Shown: positions 60,182 through 64,000 of the stretch, piece after piece
Layout: each line of letters starts with the position of its first letter
Numbering within the stretch: the first letter of the stretch is position 1
Assembly: GCF_947568905.1 (NCBI RefSeq)
Contig: NC_079164.1
Coordinates: 6,510,001 to 6,574,000 of the forward strand
Source of the DNA: Ostrea edulis
Lineage: Eukaryota
Direction: 5' to 3'
DNA length: 64,000 nucleotides
Notes under the pieces: model-generated
What the model was told of the DNA's origin: nothing
The model's input: only the letters and a program-made list of their open reading frames with translations
The model's database searches: none
Program-made: the position numbers and the translations under genes

Positions 60182-63100
60182 ATGCTTCTCGCAATTTTTA
60201 TGTTATATGTATTGGGTTTCACTGAATCTGGCCGTGCACCAACATGGGATTCATGCGGCTGTCGTTGGTTGCCATGGGGAAGTTGGTCTCAGTGTTCTGC
60301 GCTTTGTGGAGGGGGGCACAGATACAGAAGTAGGAAGGTTTGGCTACATGACACACCTGAATGTAGCGAATTTACAAAATGTGCCAGCAAGGATATGGGA
60401 CAGGATTGGGACTATTCTTGTAATAGGATTTGTTACCATGGATCATACAGAAATGGTGGATGTCGTTGCTCAGTAGGATGGCGTGGAAGTTGCTGCAACT
60501 ACCGTATGTATTTTTGACCATATTTAGTTTTCTGTTACCTTTATAAAGTTAAGAAATATCATTTTAGTGGTATTATCCCTGTCCGCATATCTATCACACT
60601 TCCCTGGCATTGGATGTCCTGAGGTAGAAAAAATAGAACATGTCTTGTAGATGTACAACAGGGTTTTATGAATATTGAAAGGGCACGAAGCGTCGAGGCG
60701 TGTCACTGAAATTCCTTCTTCGGAATAGGATATACAGTATAATCTGTCTAAACCGGCTATGTGTGGTTCCAAAGAAATTGGTTGGTTTGCACAGAGTCCG
60801 GAGTGCAGAATGTTGACAAGAATGAGAGTTGCTTCCCTTGTATTCACTATTTATGCATACGTGTGTAATGATTGCTAACGTTTTAATATACATTTATCAC
60901 AAAAGAATTCAAAATGTAAAAATATAAATGTCAGTGTTTTATTGTCGTGCTCATTTGAAAAAGTTTCAATTTTTATTAAACAGTTTAAAATCTGGGAATT
61001 ATTCGCGCAATTTTCGGTTGGTAAATTGTCGATTTCGTCTACATCATCGCCGTTATCAAGTGCTACATTATGTACGTTCGTCAAGTTTGTGTTGTGTTCG
61101 TTTAAAATTTGTCTTTCCCATGTATCGCTTTCAACTGTCTCAACTTGTGAAACGGAAACTAATGTAATGCCGAGTGATCGACCGGACATGGTGAGTTGTG
61201 CTAACTAACTGCATATCATCACTGTCTGACCAGCCGTAAAGCTCCGAGAAGTCCACGAGGGGAAACCCTGCTTTTGGAAAACATAACGGGATTGTTGCCG
61301 ATTTTGTTTCATTCCAAGAATGTATCGAATTCATCGATTAATTGAACTTTGTCTTTTAATGTCAGTTCTCGTCTCTGTCGTTAGGGGGAGGGCGCCATTA
61401 CCTCGTGCGTGGTGCTGTCATAATTGAAAAGTGCACCCCCTAAACATAAGGTTTTATTTTAAACTGATCGCGACTCATCGCCAGTTGCACTCTTTTACTT
61501 ACCTGTGGCTTCCCTTGAGACACCCTTTGTGTACACCGCGTGTGATCGACCGAATACCGACAGGTTGGTCATCGTGGGGTGGCTGGTTTAAATGCGATAA
61601 TTAGAGCTAATTACGAGCAGTTGGGACCTTGTGTGCACCGAATACAATTGACCGCAACAATTAGGGTGGTGTATCATCGAGGGGCCGGTTTACACAGGAT
61701 AATTAAAGTTAATTAATAGCAGTTGGGACTGTGTACGCCGGCCGATATACAAAATACGCAGTATCCGGAGTACAGGGAATTATTAATAAAGGATTTGTTA
61801 AAGAAATGTTAGGGACTATATTTTGTGGCCGGAATTGACAGAGCGCCGGAGTACTCAGAGGCCGGTTTGGACAAATTATACTGTACATCTTTGATCCAAA
61901 TCGAATGCAATACAATGACAAAGATTGCATGTACAACGAATACCAAAATCAATCTTGCTTCTAATATAGCAACTGAGGAAGAGTGAATAACTTTAATGCT
62001 TTGGAAACATGCATGTCCATAAATCACAAAACATACAAAGGCAATATACGTATTAGGTATTACATCAAATTTGCCATAGAAACTGCGACTTACCTACTAA
62101 TATACGTTAAGCATGAGTGTAGGACGGGGTTGCTTCCTAGTACATCTCACTATACATGCATATTCTACAGCAATGGAACTTGTATGGATGATATAAAGAT
62201 GGACATTCAAGTTAAATGTTGGACAAACTTGATTCTAATTAGCTACATGTATTTGTTCTACAGTAATAAAGATTTTAGTTATGATATGGCAGCTTGTTCT
62301 GCGTACAGTCAGTTTTTAAATCAAGGCAAGCTACTGACAAACAAGTTGATGGTACAGGAGTTTCAACAGTCTCGGTTGAAGTAACCATTTTGCGAATTCT
62401 ATGGTCGTTATAACGATCTAGTTCGTCAATACAACGTATCATCGGGTCAAATGCTGTCTGACGTGTTTCATACTGATTGTTAGTCCGTTCTGGGAACACT
62501 GATTTTGACTACCGATGACTCCGTTTACCTGATCAGGATATAGGGCTCACGGCGGGATGCTTACTCCTCCTAGGCACCTGATCTCATCTCTGGTGTGTCC
62601 AGGGATCCGTGTTTGTCCAACTATCTATTTTGTAATGATTTTAGGAGTCATGAGATTGATAATTGTTCGTTATCTTCACTTTTCATTTGTATGGAGTCAT
62701 TTGATCACACTTTAAATGTTACAACTTACCAATATTTTCTGACAGAGTGACATAAGAATTATTGGGTCGAGACGAATCCGTAGTGACTTACTAGTAAAAC
62801 GATTTTTTTCCGTATAATGGCGGAATTTACAATGGTTACAGTTCAAATATGTCATTGAGAAATTTCGCAAGATTTCAGTTTCCCTATAGCAAACCTACGG
62901 TATTTCCTTTGGCGAGTAGGCTTGTTCTAGGGAAACTGGAACTCTGCTTCATCCCTCAATGATATATTGTAGCTACAATACCAATAGAGCAATAAAAACC
63001 AGAATAAAACATAAATCACTGCAATATTTAAACCCGGGATCCTCCGGACATGCTACCTTAATCCGGTTCTTATTGATTGTTGTTCGATATATACAGGGAC

Positions 63101-64000
63101 CAGTTATCTTGTATTTTCATGATTCCACAAAATAAGAACTTTCTTTGTGTTCCAAATAGTTTGCTCAGGTGTGTATCAGCATCAACCTGACACACTTTCT
63201 TTCAAAGAAATCACTCATTCTAAGATGATTTTCAGGGATTTAACAAGTTATATCGTGTACCTTGTACAGTGAAAAATCAGTAGAGGTGGGACCAACTGTT
63301 CTGTACGGTTATGACTTTGATATAGTATGCTACGTGTTTTTTATATATATATATTTTTCTATAGAAGTAGCATGTGGAAATCCGGGTTCTATCAGAAATG
63401 GTCATGTCACAGGATCTGTATATACATATGACAGTATTGTTGTTTATCATTGCAACCAGTACTATAACTTAACCAGTGGGACTAGAACCAGAAAATGTCA
63501 AGCTAATAGTGTGTGGAGCGGACGGAAGCCTAGATGTGCTTGTGAGTCGACCATAGATGCATTTATCTAAAGAGATTATTTAATTGTTAAGTCAATCAAT
63601 AACATGTTGTTTTAAAGAAATATATCATATGCAGAGATGAAGTTGTATTTTTACCTGTTAAACACCATATAATATTGAAAATATGATAAAGAATGTCATT
63701 TGTTACTATCCAGTTGTTAATTCCTGTGCCAGTAATCCATGCCAAAACAATGGGACGTGTATTAACGGTCTGGATCGATACACCTGTCTCTGCACAAAAA
63801 GTTTTACTGGGATGAACTGCGAAACAGGTTTTTTTTTTTAAATTTGAAAAACTGAATTTTGTTTACAAAAGAATCTTAATTGTTAACGTAAATTCATTGT
63901 AAAGTATGTTTAGAAGAGATAACTCGTTTTCAGTAATACTTAAATATGTATGAAATAGATATTCAACCTCCAGTGATGAGCGGTTGCCATGAAAACATGA
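60182..64000 (+). CDS. Secreted/extracellular TSP1-EGF-sushi-EGF-HYR protein (SVEP1-like), 5' part; runs off the window
   Basis: Exons 60182-60503 (signal peptide MLLAIFMLYVLGFTES; TSP1 WLPWGSWSQCSALCGGGHRYRSR; EGF-like CYHGSYRNGGCRCSVGWRGSCC), 63365-63541 (sushi CGNPGSIRNG...YHCNQYY...CQANSVWSGRKPRC), 63714-63827 (EGF CASNPCQNNGTCINGLDRYTCLCTKSFTGMNCE) and 63959 onward (DIQPPVMSGC, HYR-like start). All GT-AG, phase 1. Confidence 0.85.
60735..61883. mobile_element. Non-autonomous Tc1/mariner-type element (1,149 bp) in intron 1 of the SVEP1-like gene
   Basis: 23-bp TIRs CAGTATAATCTGTCTAAACCGGC / CAGTATAATTTGTCCAAACCGGC with TA on both flanks; no transposase motifs recognised inside. Confidence 0.75.
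62291..62685 (+). mobile_element. Penelope-like 3' fragment in intron 1 of the SVEP1-like gene
   Basis: ACSAYSQFLNQGKLLTNKLMVQEFQQSRLK plus the family 3' tail. Further short fragments occur at ~280-410, 11900-12020, 12440-12620, 14755-14920, 18270-18660, 19960-20500 and 59725-59785. Confidence 0.65.

Noticed and set aside
60524-61936. Several 64-107 aa ORFs on both strands
   Set aside because: No transposase or other motif recognised; most fall within or straddle a non-autonomous Tc1-like element in an intron.

Overview
AT-rich, intron-containing eukaryotic DNA. The repeat families suggest a bivalve, probably an oyster (inference). Positions 1-59365 are a head-to-tail segmental amplification with a ~28.4-kb unit: the tail of an upstream unit (1-2566), unit A (2567-30953) and unit B (30954-59365), >99% identical by eye. 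Each complete unit carries an intact 16-exon minus-strand gene for a 1178-aa mesh/SUSD2/MUC4-like membrane protein (signal peptide-NIDO-IPT/TIG-AMOP-VWD with GDPH-sushi-S/T/P stalk-TM). Each also carries a decayed ~7-kb ISL2EU-type DNA transposon (14-bp TIRs flanked by AT) inserted 107 bp upstream of that gene's ATG. The transposon's two genes, SWIM+YqaJ exonuclease (+) and THAP+DDE transposase (-), are mutually interleaved: the last exon of each lies in the last intron of the other. The ~8.9-kb first intron of the host gene is full of mobile elements and holds two sense-oriented minimal hammerhead ribozyme motifs, one inside a 345-bp retrozyme-like monomer. Unique sequence after 59365 contains the 5' part of a divergently transcribed TSP1-EGF-sushi-EGF-HYR (SVEP1-like) gene. 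All coordinates and alignments were derived by hand; no database searches were run.
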